Notes under the pieces: generated by a model
What the model was told of the DNA's origin: nothing
Database searches by the model: none
Seen by the model: the letters and a program-made list of their open reading frames with translations, nothing else
Assembly: GCA_022711395.1 (NCBI GenBank)
Contig: JAKLFA010000002.1
Location: forward strand, 3,864 to 67,863
Reading direction: 5' to 3'
DNA length: 64,000 bases
Source: Candidatus Omnitrophota bacterium
Lineage (GTDB): Bacteria > Omnitrophota > Gorgyraeia > Zapsychrales > JANLHA01
Translations under genes and position numbers: made by a program
Shown: positions 1 to 9,542 of the stretch, piece after piece
Layout of the letters: each line of letters opens with the position of its first letter
Position numbering within the stretch: position 1 is the stretch's first letter

Positions 1-370
1 AACGGGTCGGACCCGAGCAGAAAAGGGTATTTTTGGGCGTTCGGATTTTGCGAATCGAGCTGCCGGGCGACTTCGTGGATGGTCCGCCGGGCCGCTTTAT
101 TGTCCCTGGCGACGGATTCATTGGCCTGCCGGACCGCGATCTGATGCTGCGCCTGGCGGTCCAGCCCGCTTGACCGGGAACGCAGGTCTTTTTCAAACGT
201 TGCGATCAGTTTATTAAGGACCAGGATAGACGCCGCATTGTAGGATTCATCCGAGACGTAAGCCCTTAACGAATAGGTCCTGAACCATACCGCGATCACG
301 GCTGAGATCAAAAAAACGATGGTCCAGCCGAAGGTTTTTTTCAAGATATCGATCGTGCGAGAATTCATAG
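1..370 (-). CDS. hypothetical membrane-anchored protein, N-terminal part (gene continues beyond window start)
   Basis: Minus-strand ORF with ATG (rc) at 368-370 reads MNSRTIDILKKTFGWTIVFLISAVIAVW... to the window edge without a stop. Hydrophobic N-terminal helix; no recognisable domain. Confidence 0.35.
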
Positions 371-380
371 AAGGCCATTA

Positions 381-1157
381 TCAATTTGATTTTTCACCCT
401 GAGCATGGAGGTATTCTAGCAGATATTGATAGATCCTGTTAGAAGGAATTGCGAAACTTGAATGGTCGCGGGAACCTTCATCAGCGGTCATCAGGCCGAT
501 CAGGTCGCCCTGGTCATTGAAGAGGGGCCCGCCGCTGTCTCCTTGATAAAGATTGACCGTGGTCTGGATCAGGCCCGTGCGCCGGATCCCGGAAGGCTGA
601 ACGGTCCTTTCAATGCCGAGGCCGATGATCTTGCCTCCGGAGACCGTTTCTTTTAAGAGAGGGGAATTTCCGATGGTGATCACATCCTGCCCCAGCCTTA
701 TGGAATCAGAGTTGGCGATGTCCACAAAGGGAAGAAGTTCAGGCGTGTCGATCTTTAAAAGGGCCAGGTCCATGGCGTTGACGAATTTAATGATTTTCGC
801 CGGGAAGGTCTGTCCATCATCCAGGTTGACCTGAACGCGATTGGCGCGGTAGACCGTGTGGGCGTTGGTCACGATGATGCCGCTGGGATGGATGATGACC
901 CCTGACCCGCCGCGTTCATACTGGGCCACAGGCCTCCGGTTGATGATGACCAGCCGCCCGGTTTCGGGATTGATCCCGGCGACCGCCTGGGACGGTTCGA
1001 AGACATCTGTATTGATCGCGTGCACTTCGACGATCGCTTGCTGGGTTTCCATCATCTGCATCAGGATATTGAACGGCTGGGCCCGGGCTGGCGTATTGAA
1101 CAGAGCTCCCCACATGAGGGCCGTTAAAAGGGATATTAAAAAATAAGGGTTTCGCAT
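381..1157 (-). CDS. trypsin-like serine protease (S1C / HtrA-like catalytic domain, no PDZ)
   Basis: Signal peptide MRNPYFLISLLTALMWGALFNTPARA. Motifs GSGVIIHPSGIIVTNAHTV and GDSGGPLFN typical of the DegP/HtrA chymotrypsin fold. ATG at 1157 preferred over the upstream GTG of the six-frame ORF. Confidence 0.75.
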   Translation of the reverse strand: MRNPYFLISLLTALMWGALFNTPARAQPFNILMQMMETQQAIVEVHAINTDVFEPSQAVAGINPETGRLVIINRRPVAQYERGGSGVIIHPSGIIVTNAHTVYRANRVQVNLDDGQTFPAKIIKFVNAMDLALLKIDTPELLPFVDIANSDSIRLGQDVITIGNSPLLKETVSGGKIIGLGIERTVQPSGIRRTGLIQTTVNLYQGDSGGPLFNDQGDLIGLMTADEGSRDHSSFAIPSNRIYQYLLEYLHAQGEKSN

Positions 1158-1278
1158 GAGCGCTCTCACCACTTTAAGTTAGACTGGATTTATTATACAG
1201 GAGTTCATTGGGATTGCCAGCCGCTTTGATGGTGTTTGAGGTGAAGATTTTTCAAGGCCTAAAAAAGCCACTTTCTCA

Positions 1279-1307
1279 TTGCTGGGCATGAATGGGCTTC
1301 CTATAAT
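1279..1307 (+). promoter_or_regulatory. candidate sigma-70 promoter (TTGCTG-N17-TATAAT) upstream of ybjQ-like gene
   Basis: TTGCTG at 1279-1284, 17-nt spacer, TATAAT at 1302-1307. RBS AGGAGG at 1327-1332 precedes ATG 1337. Confidence 0.4.
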
Positions 1308-1336
1308 AAAAGCGATCCATTAAACAGGAGGAACGA

Positions 1337-1651
1337 ATGATCATCACGAACATCGAAACGGTTCCAGGGCGCACGATCGTGGAACATTATGGGATCGTCC
1401 AGGGAAGCACAGTGCGGGCCAAGCATGTGGGGGTGGATTGTGTGGCCGGCTGCCAGAACACCTTCGGCGGTGAGCTGAAGGGGTATTCCCAGCTTTTGGA
1501 GGAAAGCCGCAATGAGGCCATGGATCGCATGATAAAGCAGGCCCAGCAATTGGGGGCCAACGCGATCGTCAATGTCCGTTTCGGCACTTCCATGATCACG
1601 CAAGGGGCGTCCGAGATCCTGGCTTACGGGACAGCGGTCCGTTTGGAATAA
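1337..1651 (+). CDS. YbjQ/UPF0145 family protein
   Basis: 104-aa protein of typical family size with the VNVRFGTS...AYGTAVRL signature of YbjQ-like (heavy-metal-binding/UPF0145) proteins. Confidence 0.8.
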   Translation: MIITNIETVPGRTIVEHYGIVQGSTVRAKHVGVDCVAGCQNTFGGELKGYSQLLEESRNEAMDRMIKQAQQLGANAIVNVRFGTSMITQGASEILAYGTAVRLE

Positions 1652-1673
1652 ACGTTGCAAGGAGGCTTAAGCC

Positions 1674-2132
1674 ATGGCGGATTTCCTTTTTTTTGTCGTT
1701 TTTGTGACCGCGGTCTTTTTCATCGGCCAGCATATCCAGAAAAAACATTTTGCCAGTCTGGAAGCCCGGGAACAGGCTCTTTTATACCTGCCGGCAGTGG
1801 TCGGGCGGAAGGTATTTAATGATGACGATGTCGAAAGGGCCTGGCTGGTGCACGGGACCGTGGTCGTTTCAGGGGATTATTTTAAAATGATGCTGGCAGG
1901 GCTCATCAAATTTTTTGGCGGCCGTATCAGCGCTTATGAAAGCCTGCTGGACCGTTCCCGGCGGGAGGCTCTTTTGCGTATGAAGGAAGCCGCCGCCTCG
2001 GAGGGGGCCCATATGGTCGTCAATGTCCGTTTTGAGACCTCCAAGATCGATGGCGGCAATCCCAGCCAGCAGACGACGGGGATGTTCGAGATGCTCACGT
2101 ATGGGACGGCCATCCGGCTGAAAGCGCAATGA
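1674..2132 (+). CDS. membrane-anchored UPF0145 (YbjQ-like) domain protein
   Basis: N-terminal TM helix (FLFFVVFVTAVFFIG) followed by a YbjQ-like domain (HMVVNVRFETS...LTYGTAIRL). Tandem paralog of the preceding gene. Confidence 0.6.
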   Translation: MADFLFFVVFVTAVFFIGQHIQKKHFASLEAREQALLYLPAVVGRKVFNDDDVERAWLVHGTVVVSGDYFKMMLAGLIKFFGGRISAYESLLDRSRREALLRMKEAAASEGAHMVVNVRFETSKIDGGNPSQQTTGMFEMLTYGTAIRLKAQ

Positions 2133-2983
2133 GATTTGTCGCGCGCGAACTCACGGAAAACGTCAATATTTCTCCCGGGGGGGAAGGGAAGTCTTTTATC
2201 AGAGGCATCCTTATTCTCTGTGCGGTCTTTTTTGCTGTTTATTTTGCCCTGATCGTCATGGTGGACGCGCTGATCTCCTATGTTCCGGAGAAGGTGGACC
2301 GCGCTCTGGCCGGGATCTTTTCTCCGTATATTCAGACTCCGTCCGAATGGGAAACGGACCGCCAACGGATAGAAGGCGTCTTGAGTTCCATGCTTGAACG
2401 CTACGATGGCCCTGTTTATGATTTTCGGGTCGATATCCTGGACCATGATGAGATGAACGCCCTGGCCTTTCCCGGCGGCAATATCGTGCTTACCAGCAAA
2501 CTTGTGGAATCGCTGGAAAGCGAGAACGAACTGGCCATGATTCTGGGGCACGAGCTTTCCCATTACCGCCAGCACGATCATCTGCGCGGCCTGGGGAGGA
2601 TGATCGTTTTTATGGGGCTCATGACGGTCTGGTCAGCGGGAACCAACAGCAATCCGCTGGGGCAGTATGTGGTCAACAGCATCGGGACGTTTGATCTGAA
2701 ATATTCCCGGAAACAGGAACGACTGGCCGATGAATATGGATTGAAATTTCTGGTCACCCGTTATCAGCATGCTGGCGGGGCCGTGTGCGTCTTTGAAAAA
2801 TTACAGGAAGAATATGCCGCCCAGGAGAAAATCCCGTTTCTGCAGTTTTTTTCGTCGCATCCTTTGATCGGGGAGCGCATCAGGCATCTGAATGAGCTGA
2901 TCGGATCGCGGGGCTACGAGGTGCGCCAGCAGCTGCCATTGACATTTGACCTTCCTGAACGTTCAGAGCTTCCGCCGTCATGA
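2129..2983 (+). CDS. M48 family zinc metallopeptidase
   Basis: HELSH (HExxH) motif within ...MILGHELSHYRQHDH..., N-terminal TM helix, and an M48-like core (NALAFPGGNIVLTSKL). Confidence 0.7.
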   Translation: MRFVARELTENVNISPGGEGKSFIRGILILCAVFFAVYFALIVMVDALISYVPEKVDRALAGIFSPYIQTPSEWETDRQRIEGVLSSMLERYDGPVYDFRVDILDHDEMNALAFPGGNIVLTSKLVESLESENELAMILGHELSHYRQHDHLRGLGRMIVFMGLMTVWSAGTNSNPLGQYVVNSIGTFDLKYSRKQERLADEYGLKFLVTRYQHAGGAVCVFEKLQEEYAAQEKIPFLQFFSSHPLIGERIRHLNELIGSRGYEVRQQLPLTFDLPERSELPPS

Positions 2984-3540
2984 GCGCGATCCTATTCCTG
3001 AAAGAACGGTGGTTATGGGCCAAATGTTTTTTACCGGTGGCTTTTTCCCATAAGCCGTTATGCGGACGTTTTGAACATGACGTGATCCGGCTGAAGGGTT
3101 TTTATTTTTGCCGGAGCTGTGTTTTTTTATATGCGGGAGTTTTTGTTTTTGGGCTGGTTTTGTGGAGGGCGCCCTGGGTATTGGCCGAATGGTGGCAGCC
3201 GATGAGCGGGATCCTGCTGGCCGTGGCAGGGTTGTCTTTTCCTTTATGGAACGTTCGTTTGAACAGGCTCCTGCGGGATCTTTTGAGGTTCCTGCTGGGA
3301 GGATGCCTGGCCTTTGCGGTTGCCTTGTTCGTGCGCGGGGAAACGGTCGCGGCCGGGGTTTTCGGACTGGTCCTTTTGGCCATGCGCATCGGTTACACGC
3401 CGTTTCACAAACGGCTGAATTCAAGCGCCTGTGACGGGTGCGAGGAGTTGGAACGCGAACATCTCTGCAGCGGTTTCGCGCGGAAGGCCCGGTGCATGAA
3501 AGAATATGAAGATGGGCTTTTGCAGAAGGGAAATTTTTAA
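2980..3540 (+). CDS. hypothetical polytopic membrane protein with C-terminal Cys cluster
   Basis: Multiple hydrophobic helices; C-terminal CDGCEELEREHLC. No family recognised. Confidence 0.35.
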   Translation: MSAILFLKERWLWAKCFLPVAFSHKPLCGRFEHDVIRLKGFYFCRSCVFLYAGVFVFGLVLWRAPWVLAEWWQPMSGILLAVAGLSFPLWNVRLNRLLRDLLRFLLGGCLAFAVALFVRGETVAAGVFGLVLLAMRIGYTPFHKRLNSSACDGCEELEREHLCSGFARKARCMKEYEDGLLQKGNF

Positions 3541-3613
3541 TTTTCAGGCTTTACAGGTTATGTAAAGTTTGATATAACTAAGCGCGTGGTTTTAAAAGGC
3601 TGATGCCTTAAAA

Positions 3614-3647
3614 CGCACTTGGTTTCCTGAAGTGCGCTTTATTTTTT
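3614..3647 (+). terminator. rho-independent terminator candidate
   Basis: Stem CGCACTT / AAGTGCG with a 9-nt loop, followed by CTTTATTTTTT. Confidence 0.55.
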
Positions 3648-3678
3648 GAATTCTAAAACTAATCACTTATATATTTCT

Positions 3679-3754
3679 GGGCCATTAGCTCATCTGGTAG
3701 AGCAACTGACTCTTAATCAGTGGGTGGCTGGTTCGATTCCAGCATGGCCCACCA
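3679..3754 (+). tRNA. tRNA-Lys (anticodon CTT)
   Basis: Cloverleaf folds by hand: acceptor GGGCCAT/ATGGCCC, D-arm GCTC-ATCTGGTA-GAGC, anticodon stem ACTGA/TCAGT with loop CTCTTAA (CTT), T-arm GCTGG-TTCGATT-CCAGC, discriminator A and encoded CCA. Confidence 0.9.
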
Positions 3755-3801
3755 TTTTTTCTCCCCATGAAGCAAGTCCAGGTCTTATTAAGGAGTAAAG
3801 G

Positions 3802-4632
3802 GTGACTAAGCACAACATCGATGTGGCTGAATTTGAAAAGATCGCGCTGACGATGCGCAAAGAGATCCTGGAGGCCGTGCACCGCGCCCAATGCGGCCAT
3901 CCCGGCGGATCATTGTCAGCGGTGGAGATCTTCGTTTCTTTATACGGGTATAAAATGAGGCATCGCCCTCAGGACCCCGATTGGGAAGACCGCGACCGGC
4001 TGATCATTTCTAAAGGGCACTGCTCGCCGGTGGCCTATGTGGCCCTGGCCAATTACGGCTATTTTCCGAAAGATGAACTTTTGCGTTACCGGATGTATGG
4101 AAGCATGCTGCAGGGGCATGTGCATTCCAAGGTCCCGGGGATCGAGTTCAATACCGGGTCCCTCGGGCATGGGCTGTCGGTCGCTAATGGCATGGCCCTG
4201 GGCGCGCGCCTGTTGGGTAAGGACCTGAACGTTTTTTGCATCCTGGGTGACGGTGAGATCCAGGAGGGCTCGATCTGGGAAGCGGCCATGTCCGCGTCCC
4301 ATCACAAACTGGACCATGTCTGCGCTATTGTGGATTACAACAAAGTGCAGGAGAACGGGCCCACCAATGAGATCAAGAACCTGGAGCCGTTGGCCCTGAA
4401 ATGGGAAAGTTTCGGATGGAATGTGATCGAAGCGGACGGCCATGATGTTCGCGCCCTGATCGCCGCCCTGGACGCCTTTGAAAAGACGGAAGGACGCCCG
4501 ACGGTGATCATCGCCCACACGGTCAAGGGCAAGGGGGTTTCGTTTATGGAGGGGAATTTCCGCTGGCATGGGAAGGCCCCTAAAGCTGAGGAACTCAAGA
4601 AAGCGGTGGCTGAACTTGAGCATAAGGGATAA
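3802..4632 (+). CDS. transketolase, N-terminal (thiamine-diphosphate-binding) subunit
   Basis: GTG start after RBS AAGGAG. HRAQCGHPGGSLS and GDGEIQEGSIWEA motifs of the TPP-binding half of split transketolases. Confidence 0.9.
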   Translation: MTKHNIDVAEFEKIALTMRKEILEAVHRAQCGHPGGSLSAVEIFVSLYGYKMRHRPQDPDWEDRDRLIISKGHCSPVAYVALANYGYFPKDELLRYRMYGSMLQGHVHSKVPGIEFNTGSLGHGLSVANGMALGARLLGKDLNVFCILGDGEIQEGSIWEAAMSASHHKLDHVCAIVDYNKVQENGPTNEIKNLEPLALKWESFGWNVIEADGHDVRALIAALDAFEKTEGRPTVIIAHTVKGKGVSFMEGNFRWHGKAPKAEELKKAVAELEHKG

Positions 4633-4662
4633 CATAGTTTAGAGACGTTTAAAGAGGGTCTG

Positions 4663-5604
4663 ATGAGCGAAAAAGTTCCAACACGGGATGGGTTCGGCAA
4701 AGCGGTCGTAGAGCTTGGGAAAAAAGATAAACGGATCGTGGTCCTTTCGGGGGACCTGGAGGACGCCACGCGCGCCGAGTATTTTAAGTTCGAGTTTCCG
4801 GACCGATTTTTTAATTTGGGAATCACGGAACAGGATGTGGTCGCCACGGCCGCGGGGATGGCGAAAATGGGCTTTGTGCCCTTTGCCTGTTCGTTCGCGG
4901 TCTTTTTGACCAACCGGGCCTACGACATGATCCGCCTGGATGTCTGTTATAACCAGACCAACGTCAAAGTGGTCTGCTCTCACGGAGGCGTTACCGTCGG
5001 TGAGGATGGGGCGTCGGCCCAATGCCTGGAGGATTTCGCGATCATGCGCGTTCTGCCGAATATGAGGGTCATTTGTCCCGCGGATGTGCATGAGGCGGTC
5101 AAGGCCACTGAAGAGATGGTGAAGATCGACGGGCCTTTTTATATGCGCACGTCCAGGGCTCCGCTTCCAGTGCTGACCAAAGAGAGCGATCCGTTTGAGA
5201 TCGGCAAGGCCAAGGTGCTTAAAGCGGGAAATGATGTTTCGATCATCGCCTGCGGGGTCATGGTCTCTGAGGCGCTGAAGGCGTCGGAGTCATTAGAGGG
5301 CAAGGGGATCAAGACACGGGTGATCAATATGCACACGATCAAACCCATTGATGAGGACGCGATCCTGAAAGCGGCCCGCGAGACGGGCGCGGTCGTGACC
5401 GCCGAAGAGCATCAGGTCTTTGGGGGGTTGGGCAGCGCGGTGGCCGAGGTCCTGGCCCAAAAATACCCGGTTCCCCAGGAAATGGTCGCGGTCATGGACG
5501 CGTTCGGCCTGACGGGAAGCCCCGACCAGTTGATGAAACATTTCCATCTGACAGCTGACGATATTGTGACTGCCGTTGAACGGGTGTTGAAAAGAAAGCG
5601 GTAA
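4663..5604 (+). CDS. transketolase, C-terminal (pyrimidine-binding + C-terminal domain) subunit
   Basis: FNLGITEQDVVATAAGMA and CSHGGVTVGEDGASAQ motifs. Adjacent to the N-terminal subunit gene, forming a split tkt pair. Confidence 0.9.
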   Translation: MSEKVPTRDGFGKAVVELGKKDKRIVVLSGDLEDATRAEYFKFEFPDRFFNLGITEQDVVATAAGMAKMGFVPFACSFAVFLTNRAYDMIRLDVCYNQTNVKVVCSHGGVTVGEDGASAQCLEDFAIMRVLPNMRVICPADVHEAVKATEEMVKIDGPFYMRTSRAPLPVLTKESDPFEIGKAKVLKAGNDVSIIACGVMVSEALKASESLEGKGIKTRVINMHTIKPIDEDAILKAARETGAVVTAEEHQVFGGLGSAVAEVLAQKYPVPQEMVAVMDAFGLTGSPDQLMKHFHLTADDIVTAVERVLKRKR

Positions 5605-5618
5605 GCTTTTAATCAATC

Positions 5619-6221
5619 ATGAAAGAACGTTCATCTGATTACATTCTGACAATCCTGATCGTTTTCTTCGCGCTGGCGCTGTTTTCTTTTGCCGGCTATC
5701 TTCTCCTTTCCAGTAAAACCGTTTATAGCGATTATTACAACGACACCTTTGAGTTCTCAATGAAATACCCGCAAGGCTGGACCATGAGCGAGAGCAGGGA
5801 GATCCCGGCGATCGTTGTGATGGTCGCGACCCCTTTGCGGGATGCGCTGGACACCTTCCAGGAAAATGTCAGCGTTACCGTCACGGACCTTAAGCGCAAA
5901 CCCGGCGTGACCCTGGACCAGTTCACGAAGATCACGCTTGAACAGACCATGGGGATGTTCAAGGACGGGATCTATGTGGAATCCTCCAGGATGGACCGCC
6001 TCGGCGGAAAGCCGGGATACCGGTTCATCTGGGGCATGCGTCCTCCCAAAGGCATGGAAACGGAAGCGGGTTCCACGCTGAAGTATTTCCACATCTGGGC
6101 CTTCTATAAGGATTTTGCCTATATGTTCACCTACGCGGGGCAGGAGAGCCAGTTCGATCTTTATCTTCCTCAGGTGAAGGCCATGGTCCGGTCGATCAAG
6201 TTCGGCAAACGCAATCCATAA
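5619..6221 (+). CDS. hypothetical protein with N-terminal membrane anchor
   Basis: TM helix ILTILIVFFALALFSFAGYLLL followed by a soluble domain; no family recognised. Confidence 0.35.
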   Translation: MKERSSDYILTILIVFFALALFSFAGYLLLSSKTVYSDYYNDTFEFSMKYPQGWTMSESREIPAIVVMVATPLRDALDTFQENVSVTVTDLKRKPGVTLDQFTKITLEQTMGMFKDGIYVESSRMDRLGGKPGYRFIWGMRPPKGMETEAGSTLKYFHIWAFYKDFAYMFTYAGQESQFDLYLPQVKAMVRSIKFGKRNP

Positions 6222-6265
6222 ACAGCCCGGCTTTTTTAGAAAAGCAAAACACGTTCGAGCCATCC

Positions 6266-7357
6266 TTGTTCTCTATGAATGACACACTGATCACATTGAA
6301 AGACAGCCTTGGCCTGAAGCGGGAAGAGCCGCGCTGCCCTGTGTTCGGCCTTTGCGGGGGATGCCAATTTCAGGACATTTCCTATGAAGATGAGCTTGCT
6401 GTAAAAGAGCGCTACATCCGCGGGCTTTTTACGGATTCCGGCCTGGCCGAAGCCGGGATGGTCCGCCCCGTTGTTGCTTCACCGTCGGTCTATCATTACC
6501 GCTGCCGCATGGACCTGAAGCTGCTCAGGATAAAGTCAGGGGAAATGTTCATGGGCTTCAGTCCCGTCGAAGGCCATCGGGTCGTGGAAGTGGAGAAATG
6601 CCCCATCGCGATGGAGGCGATATCTTCTTTTCTGCCGGAGCTGCGGCGCCAGTCCATGCGGAAGATGCCGTTGAAATACCGCAACGCCAATTTGACCGTC
6701 AAGACCGGAGCTGACGGACGCGTGGCTTGGGGAGGGATCGGCCGCAGGTCGTTGCGCATGCAACCGGCGGAGTATCTCTGGGCTGAACTTTTTGGAAAGA
6801 GGATTTTCTATTCGCTGGAGACGTTCTTTCAGGCGAACCTGTCGATCCTGCCGGACCTGATGCGAACGATACGCGGGCTGGCTTGTTTTCAGGGGTCCGC
6901 CCCTGTCTTCTTAGACCTTTACGGAGGGGTGGGGTTATTTAGCATCGGCCTGGCGGACTTGTGTTCAAGGATCGTTCTGATCGAGGAGAATGTCCATTCG
7001 ATCGCCTGCGCGCGTCATAATATGGATTTTAACAGGGTCACGAACATCGAGCTTTTCGAAGGAAAAATGGAGGACGTTTTTCAGCGATGTTTTATGGGCG
7101 TCGACCCCAAAAAATCGGTGGCCATGATCGATCCGCCGCGGGCAGGGCTGGCGGCATCCGTCTCAAAACATCTGGCTTCCGCGGAACCGTTTCAGACGCT
7201 GTTGTATCTTTCGTGCGATCCGTCTTCACTTCTGCGCGACTTGAAGATCATCCTCGGGGCCGGGCGTTACGTTCTTTCGAGCGTGGTCCCTTTCGATTTT
7301 TTTCCGCGGACACGCCATTTGGAAACGCTGGCCGTCCTGACACCCGCCTCCGCCTGA
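6266..7357 (+). CDS. RlmD/TrmA-family RNA (uracil-5)-methyltransferase, SAM-dependent
   Basis: N-terminal Fe-S Cys motif CPVFGLCGGCQFQ. SAM-binding DLYGGVGLFS; catalytic region IDPPRAGL. Confidence 0.75.
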   Translation: MFSMNDTLITLKDSLGLKREEPRCPVFGLCGGCQFQDISYEDELAVKERYIRGLFTDSGLAEAGMVRPVVASPSVYHYRCRMDLKLLRIKSGEMFMGFSPVEGHRVVEVEKCPIAMEAISSFLPELRRQSMRKMPLKYRNANLTVKTGADGRVAWGGIGRRSLRMQPAEYLWAELFGKRIFYSLETFFQANLSILPDLMRTIRGLACFQGSAPVFLDLYGGVGLFSIGLADLCSRIVLIEENVHSIACARHNMDFNRVTNIELFEGKMEDVFQRCFMGVDPKKSVAMIDPPRAGLAASVSKHLASAEPFQTLLYLSCDPSSLLRDLKIILGAGRYVLSSVVPFDFFPRTRHLETLAVLTPASA

Positions 7358-7422
7358 CAAGAAAAGTAAGGTTTTTAGAACAGAAATTGCAAAGCCATTT
7401 CAAACCACGTATACTACTGAGT

Positions 7423-9507
7423 ATGGCGCCCATACCGATCCTGTTCAAAAAGCACAATCTGATCAAAGACGTCCCGATCTTCAGCGCGCTCAGCTGGTTC
7501 GATATCCAACGGATCTCCGCCAAGGCAAAGCTCATCAATTACACAAAAGGGGAATGCATCTATCAGCGGGGGGACCCTGCCGACGGGTTTTACTGTCTGA
7601 TCTCCGGGCGCGTGCAGGCCTATATCCTGGACGCTAACGGGAACAAAAAGGACGTGGAGTTCTTCCGCCGGGGCATGTATTTCGGCATCATCTCATCGCT
7701 GACGGGAAAGCCGCATTCCATGACATTTGAAACGCTCAATGATTCCACGATCCTGCGGATCCCTTATGATGATTTCCACGCGATCTTAAAGACCATCCCG
7801 CAGATCGCGCTGGCCTTCAGCCAGAGCCTGTCGCAGCGGTTGCAGGCCCGCTCATCCCAGCGTGTGGAAGGGGCGAGTTCGATCATCTCGGTCTATGGCG
7901 CTGCCCGGGGAGCGGGAAGTTCCACCTACGCTTTTCATCTGGCGGTCTCTCTCAAAGCGCAGACAAGTAAGGACGTGCTCTTGGTGACGGTCAGCTCCCG
8001 CGCCGGAAAGGCGACCGATCACACCGCTCAGACGGACAGCTCTCCCAAGTGGATCGTGGACGGGGTCGACCTTTCATCGGCTTTGGAAGACCCGGTCAGG
8101 CTCAAGAGTTCGATCATCACATCCACGCTGGGCATCGGCCTGCTGAAAGTGGCGATGGATGCCGACGATGAAAGCCTGCTGCCTCAGATCAGCGATTTTG
8201 TCACGACCCTTGTCCTGGATTATGAGTTCGTGGTGGTGGATCTGCCCAATCAAATGGACACGCTGGTCTTAAAAACGCTCACGCAATCTGATTATGTGCA
8301 TTTGATCAGCCGGGATCGAGAAGAGGAACTGCGCATGATCCGTAAAGTGATCGATGATCTTGAGGAAGCCTTGAAGGAAAAATTTGACCCCCAGAAAGTG
8401 CGGGTCCTGATCAGCGGGGAACCCGCCAGCCGCGGGATGCCGGGCGCGCGGATCAAGGAAATCATTGACTATGACGTCTATCAAAGGCTTTCACATATCG
8501 CAGAAAATGAACTGAGCCAGGAAGGCCAGTTCGACCGGGCCGTGCAGGTCAAGTTCCCTTCCCGGGCCAGTTTTTTCCTGAAAGAAGTGACGCGGATCTC
8601 ACGCGAGCTGGGTGGAGTGCGCGTCGGGCTGGTCTTAGGGGGCGGCGCGGCCCTGGGGGTCGCCCATATCGGGGTCCTGAAAGTGCTGGAGCGGGAGAGG
8701 ATCCCCGTTGATATCCTTGCCGGTTCCAGCATGGGGGCGCTGGTCGCCAGCCTCTGGGCCTGCGGGTATGACGCTCAAAGCCTCGCGGCGATCGCCCGTG
8801 AATTCAAGGACCAGAAATCCATGCTCAAGCTTTTTGATCCGGTCGTCCCCATTTCCGGGGTGATCGGCGGCCGGCTCATTAAACGCTGGCTGCACCGTTA
8901 TCTGGGTGAGAAATGTTTTGATGATACCTGGCTTCCGCTGAAGATCGTGGCCTATGACCTGATGTCCCGCCAGGAGCTGATCTATGATTCGGGAGAGCTT
9001 CTGGAATCGGTGCGCCGCAGCATCTCGATCCCCGGGATCCTTGAGCCGGTCATTGAAGATGAACGGGTGATCATTGACGGAGGGGTCCTCAATCCTGTTC
9101 CCACCAATGTCCTGAAAAAAGAGGGAGTGCAGAAGATCATCGCGGTCAACGTCCTGCAGTCTCCGGATGAGGTGGTGCGCGGGATCGAGCTGCGCCGGCA
9201 GGTCTTTCAGGAACAGAAGCAGCCGCGTTTTTACAAAGAGCCGATCCATTTTTTGAAATACCGTCTGGCCCGCGGGGCCAGCACGATGTTCAAGCCCACC
9301 ATTTCGGATATTATGGTGAGGACCCTTTTGGCGTCGGAATATGAAATGGCGGAACGCGCTTCGCGCTTCGCGGATGTCGTGATCCATCCGGACCTGGCGG
9401 GCATCAACTGGTATGAGCTTTACCGAGTCGAGGATCTGATGGAGCGGGGAGAGAAGGCGGCAGAGGGAGCCCTGCCGCGCATTCACGCGTTGATCCAGCA
9501 GGCGTGA
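7423..9507 (+). CDS. cyclic-nucleotide-binding domain / patatin-like phospholipase fusion protein
   Basis: ATG at 7423 chosen because the longer ORF (7087) overlaps the upstream gene. N-terminal cNMP-binding domain (GECIYQRGDPADGFYCLISGRV). C-terminal patatin domain with GGGAALGVAHIGV (GxGxxG) and GSSMG (GxSxG). Confidence 0.75.
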   Translation: MAPIPILFKKHNLIKDVPIFSALSWFDIQRISAKAKLINYTKGECIYQRGDPADGFYCLISGRVQAYILDANGNKKDVEFFRRGMYFGIISSLTGKPHSMTFETLNDSTILRIPYDDFHAILKTIPQIALAFSQSLSQRLQARSSQRVEGASSIISVYGAARGAGSSTYAFHLAVSLKAQTSKDVLLVTVSSRAGKATDHTAQTDSSPKWIVDGVDLSSALEDPVRLKSSIITSTLGIGLLKVAMDADDESLLPQISDFVTTLVLDYEFVVVDLPNQMDTLVLKTLTQSDYVHLISRDREEELRMIRKVIDDLEEALKEKFDPQKVRVLISGEPASRGMPGARIKEIIDYDVYQRLSHIAENELSQEGQFDRAVQVKFPSRASFFLKEVTRISRELGGVRVGLVLGGGAALGVAHIGVLKVLERERIPVDILAGSSMGALVASLWACGYDAQSLAAIAREFKDQKSMLKLFDPVVPISGVIGGRLIKRWLHRYLGEKCFDDTWLPLKIVAYDLMSRQELIYDSGELLESVRRSISIPGILEPVIEDERVIIDGGVLNPVPTNVLKKEGVQKIIAVNVLQSPDEVVRGIELRRQVFQEQKQPRFYKEPIHFLKYRLARGASTMFKPTISDIMVRTLLASEYEMAERASRFADVVIHPDLAGINWYELYRVEDLMERGEKAAEGALPRIHALIQQA

Positions 9508-9542
9508 GCGTTCAATAATCAAGCAGAGGCGAGATTGGCGGG

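Noticed and set aside
3940-4635. Long antisense ORFs inside transketolase, patatin, epimerase and GT genes (e.g. 3940..4635-, 8635..9522-, 53578..54285-, 1934..2581-)
   Set aside because: They sit opposite well-supported genes with clear conserved motifs. They have Arg/Pro/His-rich composition typical of antisense frames and contain no recognisable motifs.
7087-7422. Extended N-terminus of the 806-aa ORF starting at 7087
   Set aside because: It overlaps the 3' end of the RlmD-like gene in another frame. The downstream ATG at 7423 begins exactly at the cNMP-binding domain, so the extension is most likely non-coding.
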